This document shows positions 11,101-19,512 of a stretch of 56,939 nucleotides of DNA, in pieces. The stretch covers positions 1-56,939 of IMG/VR virus record IMGVR_UViG_3300023179_000127; one strand, given 5' to 3'. The translations under genes were made by a program, and so were the position numbers. The number at the start of each line of letters is the position of its first letter. Positions within the stretch are counted from its first letter, which is position 1. The notes under the pieces were generated by a model that saw only the letters and a program-made list of their open reading frames with translations, was not told the DNA's origin and did no database searches. This DNA comes from a virus (lineage: Duplodnaviria; Caudoviricetes).

Positions 11101-11571
11101 TACTGTCAAATATCTTGTTACATTGAACATTTCATGAGAAATTTTGCAAAATTTGTCGTCTAGCAAAGTAATATCAAAATAATATCTGTTATCAATGTAT
11201 TGTTGTCTCCCGGATACCGCAACAGTAGCAGTTCTTTGATCAATTTCAGGTTCTTCTGTAACCCAAAACCTAGTGAAGTTATTAATTCCTAATAACGCGT
11301 TGGCTGCAAGGTATGTTGAGAAGCCTTCATCTTCCAACGGCTTCAAGTTTTCAATGTAAATGTTGCTATCTAATGTGTCATTGCGTGTTAAAAACAAGTT
11401 AGAGAAATTATTAATAGCATTATCATTTGATTTGTAGAAAATATCATTTAGAGGGAATGAAACATTGTGTTCAGTAAAGAATATAGACTCATTAAACTTT
11501 AAATTCTGATCATGCACATAAACAGAGGATAAAGGCCTAAACGTTACAGGCGTGAACTCCTTAACAACCAT
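8185..11571 (-). CDS. Large virion structural protein with LamG/concanavalin-like domain interrupted by a propeller-like insert, 1128 aa
   Basis: FVFDGNRY...FTIIFDMY...QIIGN, then ~350 aa later GYHNFAVRV...MDLYIDG...FLIG...IKNLYIYDKAL. Confidence 0.6.
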   Translation of the reverse strand: MVVKEFTPVTFRPLSSVYVHDQNLKFNESIFFTEHNVSFPLNDIFYKSNDNAINNFSNLFLTRNDTLDSNIYIENLKPLEDEGFSTYLAANALLGINNFTRFWVTEEPEIDQRTATVAVSGRQQYIDNRYYFDITLLDDKFCKISHEMFNVTRYLTVDYIGNLIFCKDTKSDYLGRYSPQIFYYLYDRDSDYIVFYKNINDIAKYVIINEEEKLTLTDPVTGFALPFDLKSIFKCIKRSDPANVSKIQDSWVSYEKTFKTNSTEIDENVSFPNIKSNLLVNSEFYAITGNEMPVNILSLKNTFTSEGGQARNAPFYDEDLCNFRDYKKLFTGSRQNYGNDNISLGYETFSTKILLKNDKITYFHMPTDMYPFNRINIRDSGLIEAGATAADHPLKSDLVFKKLANYKHSSYFGDAIDEQTGSFLCSWLSGNGDVNSRPVWVDRYYNPQKVNFFNALTADDFKAMYYVPEFQNKINKIPDADKYDIFDTPSALTFEPGCYYAYYRVGPEGVKHRIEALNEYLVQRNVSTFRTTGDIEVFDVIEPDAEFVFDGNRYTNSANLSSIGESSEFTIIFDMYCADWSKPFGNQIIGNLDKYGFSIYNYVPNTALMFLGGNRNIDITNTDFTVLRKLQFNKDIKYIFRTNDFTDYHIMFSDGEISKYNPNNVEVVSRQVKGRINDILDFDIYGHLALMLSANDGGMYGKQGRTNLTIQGYNLLTDEIYESLNSNFYSIRFVPGTSFSKNLSTIKTIHAATIQDNDIIFFTDGDKAERRGEQIYYLKDNSVFYWNLSTNIVSMVHAATVINDFTIDFDGFIWVLDQDKNYVKIDPATFNVMLSSTLPSGFKNYKINLLTEFIESDVSDRIVFSRLSPLSSNYVEYVVLDAAEAVPTLKTTYYKSTSSAFGKINNSEYLREYIHDAYPDSSLNIKLVVATPSNYNDIILPEMRFDLTQLDAGYHNFAVRVNCDIGQMDLYIDGIYTNVTRFMPAKYTMREFVHKPFLIGTSGAAYSVPLFKYLKKKTSLAEGVKIKNLYIYDKALLSYDIINHSKANMKVRDINFYVPCGKRNFIEEIERFFKFKLPGHKSNVINLNINNSRIVDTQFKAELEGKIREIASKLIPAHVKLNNITWKN

Positions 11572-11596
11572 AGAATTATTTATTAACAGGTAACTA

Positions 11597-12826
11597 TTAT
11601 CTAATAGTTCCTAAGTAGGGCCCGTATATTAAGAATGATGTGAAAGCTCCTGCATATGCTTCTTTGAATGAACCGCTAAGTACTTGCCATTGAGTGATAT
11701 ATTGACCGGTAAAGGCTAAGCCATCGCCAGCGCCAAGCTGACCCTCTTCATTTCTACCTACAGAATACGCATGATTTTCATTATCTACAACAACTGTGTG
11801 TTCATACCCTGCAGCTATTGATTTAATAGGGACACCGCCCCATGGACCTATGTTAGTTATATTTATAAAGCTAAGTGACATTGCTTGGCTGTTATTACCT
11901 AGCTGACCGGCATTATTAAATCCTGTAGAATATATTTTACCATCTTTGTCAATAGCAATTGTAAATGTAGATTTGCATGCAACATCTCTCCATACTATGT
12001 TGTCTGTGTTTTGCACAAAATATTCAGTTAATGTAGATGTACCTAATCCTATGGCGCCGGATAAGTTTGTACCAGCAGTAAACATGTTGTAATTACCGCC
12101 GCCGACGGATGATAGTAATATAGTAAAGTTGTTACCACAAAACACTTTGTCAAATCTAGGCTGTTCAACAGGAGTTACATTACCAGCCAAGCGAACTCTG
12201 GCGGGTGTTATGGGTGTAAATGAATAAAAGTTTGAAAAAGCAATTTCATTGAACCCGCATTGTGCATCAATATTTAAACCTGTTGTAAGTGCAACGCCAT
12301 CAGAACTTAATGCGCATGTGTGTAGCAAACCGCATGCAACATCTTTGAAACTGCCATTAATTGGTGTGAATAGTGCACAGCTTAACACACTTACACCGAG
12401 TCCCAATTGACCTTGTTCATTGTAACCAGTAACATACAGAGTGTTGCCTGCAATAGCTGCAGAATGTACAATACCAGCAGCAACTTTAGTGAAATTGGTA
12501 GGTGTTGGTACTCTTACAGTGCCTGGACCATCAAACATTGTAGAGGATACTTCAGGTACTAAACAAAACGAACTCACAATAAAGGTATGAGTGTTGGTCA
12601 CATTGTTGTCTAGACCTAACAAGCAACCTGTAAACTTATTAGATGGTACTGGATGACCAGGATTAGGCTCTAGAAGCAAATCTTTTACTAAAGGAACAAC
12701 ATCATTTACACCGGCACCGTATAATTTACCAGTAGAATCAATTGCAAGTGTATGATAATAACCACCGCCAACAGAATCCCATGTGCCTGTATTGGCAATG
12801 AATGTGGTTTGGTATGTCTGATTCAT
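11597..12826 (-). CDS. RCC1/BLIP-II repeat beta-propeller, 409 aa, lacking the first half-repeat
   Basis: Repeats such as GYNEQGQLGLG...VACGLLHTCAL, GFNNAGQLG...IAAGYEHTVVV and GRNEEGQLG. Confidence 0.85.
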   Translation of the reverse strand: MNQTYQTTFIANTGTWDSVGGGYYHTLAIDSTGKLYGAGVNDVVPLVKDLLLEPNPGHPVPSNKFTGCLLGLDNNVTNTHTFIVSSFCLVPEVSSTMFDGPGTVRVPTPTNFTKVAAGIVHSAAIAGNTLYVTGYNEQGQLGLGVSVLSCALFTPINGSFKDVACGLLHTCALSSDGVALTTGLNIDAQCGFNEIAFSNFYSFTPITPARVRLAGNVTPVEQPRFDKVFCGNNFTILLSSVGGGNYNMFTAGTNLSGAIGLGTSTLTEYFVQNTDNIVWRDVACKSTFTIAIDKDGKIYSTGFNNAGQLGNNSQAMSLSFINITNIGPWGGVPIKSIAAGYEHTVVVDNENHAYSVGRNEEGQLGAGDGLAFTGQYITQWQVLSGSFKEAYAGAFTSFLIYGPYLGTIR

Positions 12827-12862
12827 ATTAGTATTTATTTATTTGGTTAATTTTCATAGTGA

Positions 12863-15166
12863 TTAGTAATTTTTAGCCTCATCAAAAGCATTCAATGCAG
12901 CAATGGTTGTTGTTGGAGAAGGTGTAAGAGTACGTGTATTAGTTGGTGTAGAGGTGTTAGTATTTGTAACTGAAACTGTGGGTGTTTGTGTAGGTGTATC
13001 AGATGGCGTAGCAGTCACTGATTCTGTTGGTGTCTGAGTAGGTGTATCAGTCACTGTAGGTGTAGGTGTCAGAGTAGGTGTGTTAGTAGGTGTCAGAGTC
13101 TGTGTATATGTTTGTGTTGGTGTAGCTGTTTTAGTTAAAGTAGCGGTGTTAGTTAATGTAGCAGTCTGTGTAACAGTGTTGGTCATTGTAGGTGTACTGG
13201 TCACTGTGGGTGTTGGTGTTACTTCTGTTGCAGTGTTGGTTGGTGTTGGGGTATGAGCCCATGGTACCCCTGCAGGAATAGTTACTGTTCTGGTTAAAGT
13301 AGGTGTGTTAGTAGGAGTTCTTGTGGGTGTTACTGTTAAATTAGGTGTCAAGGTGGGTGTTAATGTGGGGAATGGAGTTTCAGATGCTGTATAAGTTTGT
13401 GTTAATGTTGGTGTTGTGGTGTCAGTCACTGTTGGTGTAGGTGTTAGCAATGTTCCTGTGTTGGTTTGTGAAGGTGTATAAGGAGGTACCCCTGTTGAAA
13501 CAGTTACGGTAGGTGAAACGGTGGGTGTCAGGTCTGGTGTAGTTGTAGGTGTCTCTGTTAATGTGTTGGTAGGTGTTGCAGTCACTGTTGTAGACACTGT
13601 CTGAGTAGGTGTTGGTGTCATAGTGATGTTTGTTTCTGTAATTGTCATGGTGTTGGTAACTTGTGGAATGTCTAATCCAAGTTGACCGTGCATGTTGATA
13701 CCAGCGCGGAACATGGCCTCGGTTACTGGTGTCGGCGTTGGTGTCGGTGTAGCAGTTGTAGTACGAGTAATTGTTGGTGTGTTTGTGGATGTTATTGTCT
13801 GTGTAGGAGACAATGTCATGGTGTTCGTTAGTGTAAATGTTGGTGTTTGTGTTACAGTGTTTGTTAACGTTTGAGTTGCAGTTATTGTAGGTGTAGGTGT
13901 TGGTGTTCTGTAGTTCTTGGACTCGTCTTCGCCAACCAATATAGCGGGTGTAGGTGTAACTGTGTTTGTTACTGTCAAGGTTACAGTCTGTGTTACAGTC
14001 TGTGTATTGGTTGGTGTATTTGTAGGAACTTGTGTAGGTGTAACAGACGGTGTCTGTGTTGCTGTCTGCGATACAGTAGGTGTATTGGTTGCAGTTGTTG
14101 TCGGCGTCTGTGTAGGTGTATCGGTAAGTGTAACAGTTGGGGTCTGCGTCTGAGTATTTGTGTTGGTATTTGTAATAGTAGGTGTGCATGTTGGCGTCTC
14201 GGTTTGTGTAGACGTGGGTGTGACTGTCTGTGTAACTGTTCTTGTAGGTGTTTGTGTGAAGGTTGTTGTAGGTGTCTGTGTAGGAATAGCAGTAGGTGTA
14301 AGTGTGTTTGTAGGAGTAACAGTTCTTGTGAGTGTGTTTGTTGGTGTAACTGTGCGTGTCATTGTTAATGTAGGTGTTACTGTAGGTGTTAGAGTGAATG
14401 ACGGCGTCAATGTCAAGGTCAGTGTTATTGTCGGTGTCAATGTCATGGATGGAGAAATTGTAGGAGTAGGTGTCGGTGTAACAATTTCATCTGATATTGC
14501 AACGTTAGACAAATATTTCTTACCTTTTAGTTCCATGACCATCAAATCATTTTCATACAGCTTGTTGTTGACTTTGCTAAACGGTAATTGACGCGCTTCT
14601 AACAAATGTATGTCGCCTAATTCATAAACTGAGTCTTGCAACACGCACAAGATATAATTGAACGTGGTTTGTGTCATGTTACCGTTAATAACACTAATAG
14701 ATGGATAATATGTTGTTAGATAGTTACTAGATTGTTTGTATACATGTGGTACGTTTACTAGATTAGGAAATAATGATTGTTTGGGGTTCTTTTCATCAAT
14801 ATTTTCAATAATATCTTTGCTTATGTCAGTAATTTGACCGTCACCAAAATTATATATAATTTTTAATACTGCAAAAGTAGACGCTTCTAACGCAGACGGC
14901 ATGAATACAACAGTGGTATCACCTTTGCACAGGGGTAATGGCTGCCACGTTACTGTATCTTTGATGGGATAACCATATGGGAAAAATAACCCGGCATTGG
15001 CACGTGATGTATACTTTGAGGGAGCAGCTTCAAATATATCACCTGAAGCAGATACCGGAAATTCAATTTCTGTATCATAAACTGGGTCTAAAAACAAATA
15101 ACCGTTTAAAAACTCACCTCCAACATACGGGACACTGGATGATAAGAGAACTGACAGAGTGTTCAT
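12863..15166 (-). CDS. PKD-like domain plus very long Thr/Pro tract carrying an RCC1 half-repeat island, 767 aa
   Basis: [11 protein letters not shown]-like motif; ~530 aa of T/P repeats; [17 protein letters not shown] island; AGGAGG upstream of the ATG. Confidence 0.7.
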   Translation of the reverse strand: MNTLSVLLSSSVPYVGGEFLNGYLFLDPVYDTEIEFPVSASGDIFEAAPSKYTSRANAGLFFPYGYPIKDTVTWQPLPLCKGDTTVVFMPSALEASTFAVLKIIYNFGDGQITDISKDIIENIDEKNPKQSLFPNLVNVPHVYKQSSNYLTTYYPSISVINGNMTQTTFNYILCVLQDSVYELGDIHLLEARQLPFSKVNNKLYENDLMVMELKGKKYLSNVAISDEIVTPTPTPTISPSMTLTPTITLTLTLTPSFTLTPTVTPTLTMTRTVTPTNTLTRTVTPTNTLTPTAIPTQTPTTTFTQTPTRTVTQTVTPTSTQTETPTCTPTITNTNTNTQTQTPTVTLTDTPTQTPTTTATNTPTVSQTATQTPSVTPTQVPTNTPTNTQTVTQTVTLTVTNTVTPTPAILVGEDESKNYRTPTPTPTITATQTLTNTVTQTPTFTLTNTMTLSPTQTITSTNTPTITRTTTATPTPTPTPVTEAMFRAGINMHGQLGLDIPQVTNTMTITETNITMTPTPTQTVSTTVTATPTNTLTETPTTTPDLTPTVSPTVTVSTGVPPYTPSQTNTGTLLTPTPTVTDTTTPTLTQTYTASETPFPTLTPTLTPNLTVTPTRTPTNTPTLTRTVTIPAGVPWAHTPTPTNTATEVTPTPTVTSTPTMTNTVTQTATLTNTATLTKTATPTQTYTQTLTPTNTPTLTPTPTVTDTPTQTPTESVTATPSDTPTQTPTVSVTNTNTSTPTNTRTLTPSPTTTIAALNAFDEAKNY
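12905..14480 (-). repeat. Degenerate Thr/Pro coding repeat tract (~530 codons)
   Basis: GT-rich plus strand (gtaggtgt...); boundaries approximate. Confidence 0.9.
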
Positions 15167-17727
15167 TATGGCCCTCCTTCAGACGGTGTTGGGGTTGGTG
15201 TGGGAGCCGGTGTCATGACTTCAAATAATAGATCATTTTGATTTTGATTGTTTTCTACCCATCCAGCTATTGGTATATTATTTACATCTGTTGAAGGGTT
15301 GTTAGCTATTACTTGACTGGAGTCCAAATTAAATAGCACCCATGTGCTGCCTATGCTATTGTCAGTAGCCACACTAGGATCCATGAATACCATTAGGTTG
15401 TATTGCCAAACATAGCCGCTACCGCTAGAATTCTTAATGTACGTACCATTTAATTGATAATTTGGATTAGAAGCCTGTACATTGTATACTAAGAAATTGT
15501 CATTTGAAGTGCTAATACTGTAATTAGGTGTTGTAGTAATTGTTGGGGTTGGGGTTGCAGTAGGCTCATTTGTTGTTGTTTGAGTTAATGTCACTGTGAC
15601 AGTAGGTGTGTTTGTGGGTGTTTCAGATGGTGTGAATGAAGGTGTATAAGTCAATGTACTTGTTTGTGTGACTGTTGGTGTATTTGTAGGTGTCTTTGTT
15701 AGTGTCGGTGTTAATGTAGGTGTCTCAGTTAATGTGGGTGTAGCAGTAGGGGATAGACCTGGTGTTGTTGTTGACGTGACAGTGCATGTGTTGGTAGGTG
15801 TAGGTGTTACATTGGGACTGTATATAACATCAACTAATGGTTTTGCTTTGCCTTGCAGTGAATTCCATTCTAAATTGCTTATTACGGCAGAAGCATTGTA
15901 ATAAGTGTCTGTGTTGAGCGTTGCATCAAATAATACCCATGCATCTAATGACGGTGAAGACGGTGTGCTGATTGTACGGAACTGGATAGTGTTGCCATTT
16001 GGTCCAATAAAGTTTTCAGTAGCGCTAGATCTTGTATACAATCCAACAGATGATGCATCTTCTGCTTCAACAACATTAATAGCAGAAATGTAGTTTGAAG
16101 TGAACGGTGTGTATGTGGGTGTTACTTCAAGATCCCAAACAGGGGTAGCTGTCGTGGTGGTAGTGGGTGTAGCAGTGGGTGTAGGTGTTGATGTTTCAGA
16201 AACAGTAGGTGTTAAAGTTTGAGTTGCTGTTGATGTAGGTGTTACTGACTCTGTTGGTGTTAATGTAGGAGTTTCAGTCAACGTGGGTGTAGGTGTTGAT
16301 GTGATTGTTTCAGTAGGTGTAATTGAAGGTGATACAGTTAGTGTGGGTGTTTCAGTCAATGTCGGGGTAGCTGTTACAGTCTCAGTAGGTGTATATGTAG
16401 GTGTAGCTGTTACAGTCTCTGAAACTGTAACTGTTGGTGTCGGTGTTGCAGTATAGAGAGGAATATCTACACCGACTTCACCAAATCTGTTTTGACCGGC
16501 GCGGAACATAACTTCTTGTGGTTCTGTCGGTGTAGGTGTGGATGTAACTGTATTGGTCGGTGTGGGTGTTTGTGTAACGGTCTCTGATACTGTAATTGTT
16601 GGTGTTTGTGACGGCGTTACAGTCAATGTTTGGGTCAATTCCGGTGTACCTGTTGGTGTAGGTGTAACTGACTCTGTTGGTGTCATGGTAATCGATTGTG
16701 TTGGTGTTACAGAAGTTGTAGGCGTTACTGATTGCGTCTGAGTAACAGATTGTGTAGGTGTAGATGTAACTGTACCAGTTATTGTTGGCGTTACAGTTGG
16801 TGTAGCTGTAGGAAATGCAGTACGGGTTGGTGTAACTGTTGGGGTAACTGTTCTTGTAGGTGTAGGTGTTAACGGCCGCGTGTTGGTCTGTGTTACAGTT
16901 TGTGTTACTGTTTTTGTAGGCGTTGGGGTTGTTGTGGGTGTAAAAGATTGAGTTAGTTTGGGTGTTAAAGTTACAGTCTTTGTGGGTGTAGGTGTAACTG
17001 TAGGTAGAGGCAGAGTTTGTGTTAAACCGGGTGTCAATGTGACTGTAACAGTAGGTGTTACAGTTAATGTATTGGTGACAGTTGGTGTGGGTGTGAGATA
17101 TGGGTTCGTCTCTGTTGGTGTTAATGTGGGTGTAGGTGTCGGCGTAAATTCAGCTTTTGCATCTGTGTAGAATGCATTTGAATTTAAGCTTTTTATTTTA
17201 AGCATTGTATCTGTGGATTCAAACAATGGTTTTGCAAATGAAAGGACAGGGTAAACGCTTGGCGGAAATGCTATTTTTTCGCGTAAGTCAGTTTTGAACA
17301 GTGTAACAAATTTGTCTTTAATTTTGTGTTCTACTTCTAGCGTTCTGCCTTGATTTGTTAGTCTCACTCTGAATGTTCTGTATTCTGGTACAATTCGCAA
17401 TTTAGTTTCAATATCTTCAGAAGAAGCTGGTCTATATAGTGTGAATGGCTCTTTAAAAGAAGATAATGCGAGGTTATCACTAACAAACAACAATTCATTT
17501 TCAAAAAATTGTGATATTGTAGGTGTAGGTATAATAGTTCTGGTTAATGTTTGTGTGGGTCTGGGTGTTCTGGTGGCTGTAGGGGTGTTTGTTATTCTAA
17601 ATGTTGTAGTTAATGAGATTGTTGGTGTGACTGTGGGTGTCCATGTGGTTGTTGGTGTTCTAGTAGCTACAGGTGTTAAAGTTAGAGTAGGGGTACTGGT
17701 TAACGTGGGTGTTGGTGTCGGAGTCAT
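15166..17727 (-). CDS. Thr/Pro mucin-like protein with lectin C-half, RCC1 half-repeat island and two small beta domains, 853 aa
   Basis: Starts directly in TPTP repeats, with globular islands at ~17161-17510, 16459-16509, 15820-16104 and 15214-15504. Confidence 0.7.
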   Translation of the reverse strand: MTPTPTPTLTSTPTLTLTPVATRTPTTTWTPTVTPTISLTTTFRITNTPTATRTPRPTQTLTRTIIPTPTISQFFENELLFVSDNLALSSFKEPFTLYRPASSEDIETKLRIVPEYRTFRVRLTNQGRTLEVEHKIKDKFVTLFKTDLREKIAFPPSVYPVLSFAKPLFESTDTMLKIKSLNSNAFYTDAKAEFTPTPTPTLTPTETNPYLTPTPTVTNTLTVTPTVTVTLTPGLTQTLPLPTVTPTPTKTVTLTPKLTQSFTPTTTPTPTKTVTQTVTQTNTRPLTPTPTRTVTPTVTPTRTAFPTATPTVTPTITGTVTSTPTQSVTQTQSVTPTTSVTPTQSITMTPTESVTPTPTGTPELTQTLTVTPSQTPTITVSETVTQTPTPTNTVTSTPTPTEPQEVMFRAGQNRFGEVGVDIPLYTATPTPTVTVSETVTATPTYTPTETVTATPTLTETPTLTVSPSITPTETITSTPTPTLTETPTLTPTESVTPTSTATQTLTPTVSETSTPTPTATPTTTTTATPVWDLEVTPTYTPFTSNYISAINVVEAEDASSVGLYTRSSATENFIGPNGNTIQFRTISTPSSPSLDAWVLFDATLNTDTYYNASAVISNLEWNSLQGKAKPLVDVIYSPNVTPTPTNTCTVTSTTTPGLSPTATPTLTETPTLTPTLTKTPTNTPTVTQTSTLTYTPSFTPSETPTNTPTVTVTLTQTTTNEPTATPTPTITTTPNYSISTSNDNFLVYNVQASNPNYQLNGTYIKNSSGSGYVWQYNLMVFMDPSVATDNSIGSTWVLFNLDSSQVIANNPSTDVNNIPIAGWVENNQNQNDLLFEVMTPAPTPTPTPSEGGP
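15185..17727 (-). repeat. Thr/Pro coding repeat tracts interrupted by globular islands
   Basis: Seen in translation; boundaries approximate. Confidence 0.9.
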
Positions 17728-17805
17728 TGTACCTTATTCTCCAGCATGCAGTTCATAGAATTACTCTATTATTTAATAAGCGAATCTAGCTTTAAAGGTC
17801 TTAAC

Positions 17806-19494
17806 TTATTTTATAACTGACCAAAAAGGTGCCCATTCACCAGGTAAAACAACAGGGCCTAACTTAAATGCACGGTTAAACCCAATTACAGCCATGGTTC
17901 CGTCCGAATTTAATGCTAATAACGTGTATTCGTTACCAAAGCCGTTGCTAGCAACATCTACTATCTTATTGCCGCTCATAGTGTTAAAGGGTGGGTTCAC
18001 TTCAATCCAACCTTTGTGATCACCTACGCCTTGTGTGCCAGGCATGTAGCCTGCAGCAAATAAACGACCATTATCTAGTAATAGCAAAGTTGTAGTAAAT
18101 TTGTTTGTACCGCCGCAAACTACAGTTTTAATAGTACTATCATATTCTCTAGCATCAAAAACTTTAGTAAATAGCTTAGTAGTGCCATCTGTTAAACTAT
18201 TGCCTAATTGCCCATAACCATTGTATCCGCAAGCGTATAGTTCATAACTGTCACTGGTTTTATAGAAAGTACTAGGAAACTCACCACCACCGGTATAAAC
18301 TGCGCCGACATTTACTGCTATTTGAGTGGCGCGTGTCAATTCTAAAGTGCTGTTGTTGCCTAATTGACTGTATGTATTAGCTCCCCACCCGTAAAGTATA
18401 CCGGCAGCATTAAGAGCAAAACAAGTTGACCCTACATTTGCTCCTTCTATTGCAATCTGAACAATGTTTGTTAAAGTTGTTTTGCTAATATCATTTTGAA
18501 CAGAATGCCAAATAGGATTTACAGACGCTTTGCCCCCGTCACCCATTTCTCCGTTAGAACCAGAGCCTATCGCTTTAACTTGACCGTTATTTAATAAAGC
18601 TAGTACTGTTGATCCTTTGGATATGACATAGTTTACGTTGGAAAGGTTGCATGAAATAACAGAACGCTTGGGTGTTGTGTCACCAGTGCCTAGCCAGCCG
18701 TAACTATTATGACCAAACCCATATAAGTCGTTGGTATTACTAGTGATAAACATTGTAGCAGAATTGCCACGAGTATGAAACGGTAGCATAATATTTTTAG
18801 GTACAAAGCCTAGCTCAGTTTGGCTTAAACTGTTTGCAATATCAAAATAAAGATAATTGTTTGTGCTGCCTTTACCATCACCAAAAGACCAATTACCGCC
18901 TAAAAATATTCTGCGCTCAGTGGTAATACCTGCCCAATATTGATAACCGTTGTAAACATAATCCCAATTATAATCGCGGTATGTGTAGGTGTTTCCAGCA
19001 GGGTTAACAGGATAAAAGGCGCTGTAACCTGTACGAACCTGTGATAAACCTACACTGTTAGTATTTCCAGAAAAGATTATGTGTTTTTGATTGCGGGAAA
19101 CAAGCAAATTGTAATCATATGCTCCTGCATTGCGTGGCAGCCCATTATATGAAAATCCTGTTGTATTATCAAGCGCTCCTAAGGAAGTAATTTTAATGTT
19201 ACCTGTACTAAAATCTAATGAGATACCATCTCCTGCAGAAAGCGATAATACACCATTATTTGATAGTACTACTCTGTTACCATCACGGAAAACATTAATT
19301 CCAGGGTTGCTTGATTCAATAGAAGTTACAGGGTCATTGCCTTCAGAAGATACTTGCACTTCATCCCATTTAGTCAAAAGATCATTTACAGTGATTTTGT
19401 ATGTGCCTGTATCATCTTGAATAATAAGATAATCAGTAGGTAAAGGGCTACCTATTAGCTTTGGCAAATCATTAATTTTGATTACATTCGACAT
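17806..19494 (-). CDS. RCC1-repeat putative receptor-binding protein with fibre-type N-terminal module, 562 aa
   Basis: N-term IKINDLP...TYKITVNDL; repeats LYGFGHNSYGWLG, LYGWGANTYSQLG, LYACGYNGYGQLG. Confidence 0.8.
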   Translation of the reverse strand: MSNVIKINDLPKLIGSPLPTDYLIIQDDTGTYKITVNDLLTKWDEVQVSSEGNDPVTSIESSNPGINVFRDGNRVVLSNNGVLSLSAGDGISLDFSTGNIKITSLGALDNTTGFSYNGLPRNAGAYDYNLLVSRNQKHIIFSGNTNSVGLSQVRTGYSAFYPVNPAGNTYTYRDYNWDYVYNGYQYWAGITTERRIFLGGNWSFGDGKGSTNNYLYFDIANSLSQTELGFVPKNIMLPFHTRGNSATMFITSNTNDLYGFGHNSYGWLGTGDTTPKRSVISCNLSNVNYVISKGSTVLALLNNGQVKAIGSGSNGEMGDGGKASVNPIWHSVQNDISKTTLTNIVQIAIEGANVGSTCFALNAAGILYGWGANTYSQLGNNSTLELTRATQIAVNVGAVYTGGGEFPSTFYKTSDSYELYACGYNGYGQLGNSLTDGTTKLFTKVFDAREYDSTIKTVVCGGTNKFTTTLLLLDNGRLFAAGYMPGTQGVGDHKGWIEVNPPFNTMSGNKIVDVASNGFGNEYTLLALNSDGTMAVIGFNRAFKLGPVVLPGEWAPFWSVIK

Positions 19495-19512
19495 ACAATA
19501 ATATTTATTAAA

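Noticed and set aside
13422-14189. 255-aa Tyr/Asn/His-rich alternative-frame ORF
   Set aside because: It is a frame-shifted reading of the T/P repeat, fully nested in the 767-aa gene.
12905-17727. GT-rich periodic DNA as a CRISPR array or telomere-like repeat
   Set aside because: The repeats are degenerate at third codon positions, show no fixed repeat-spacer structure, and are explained by coding.
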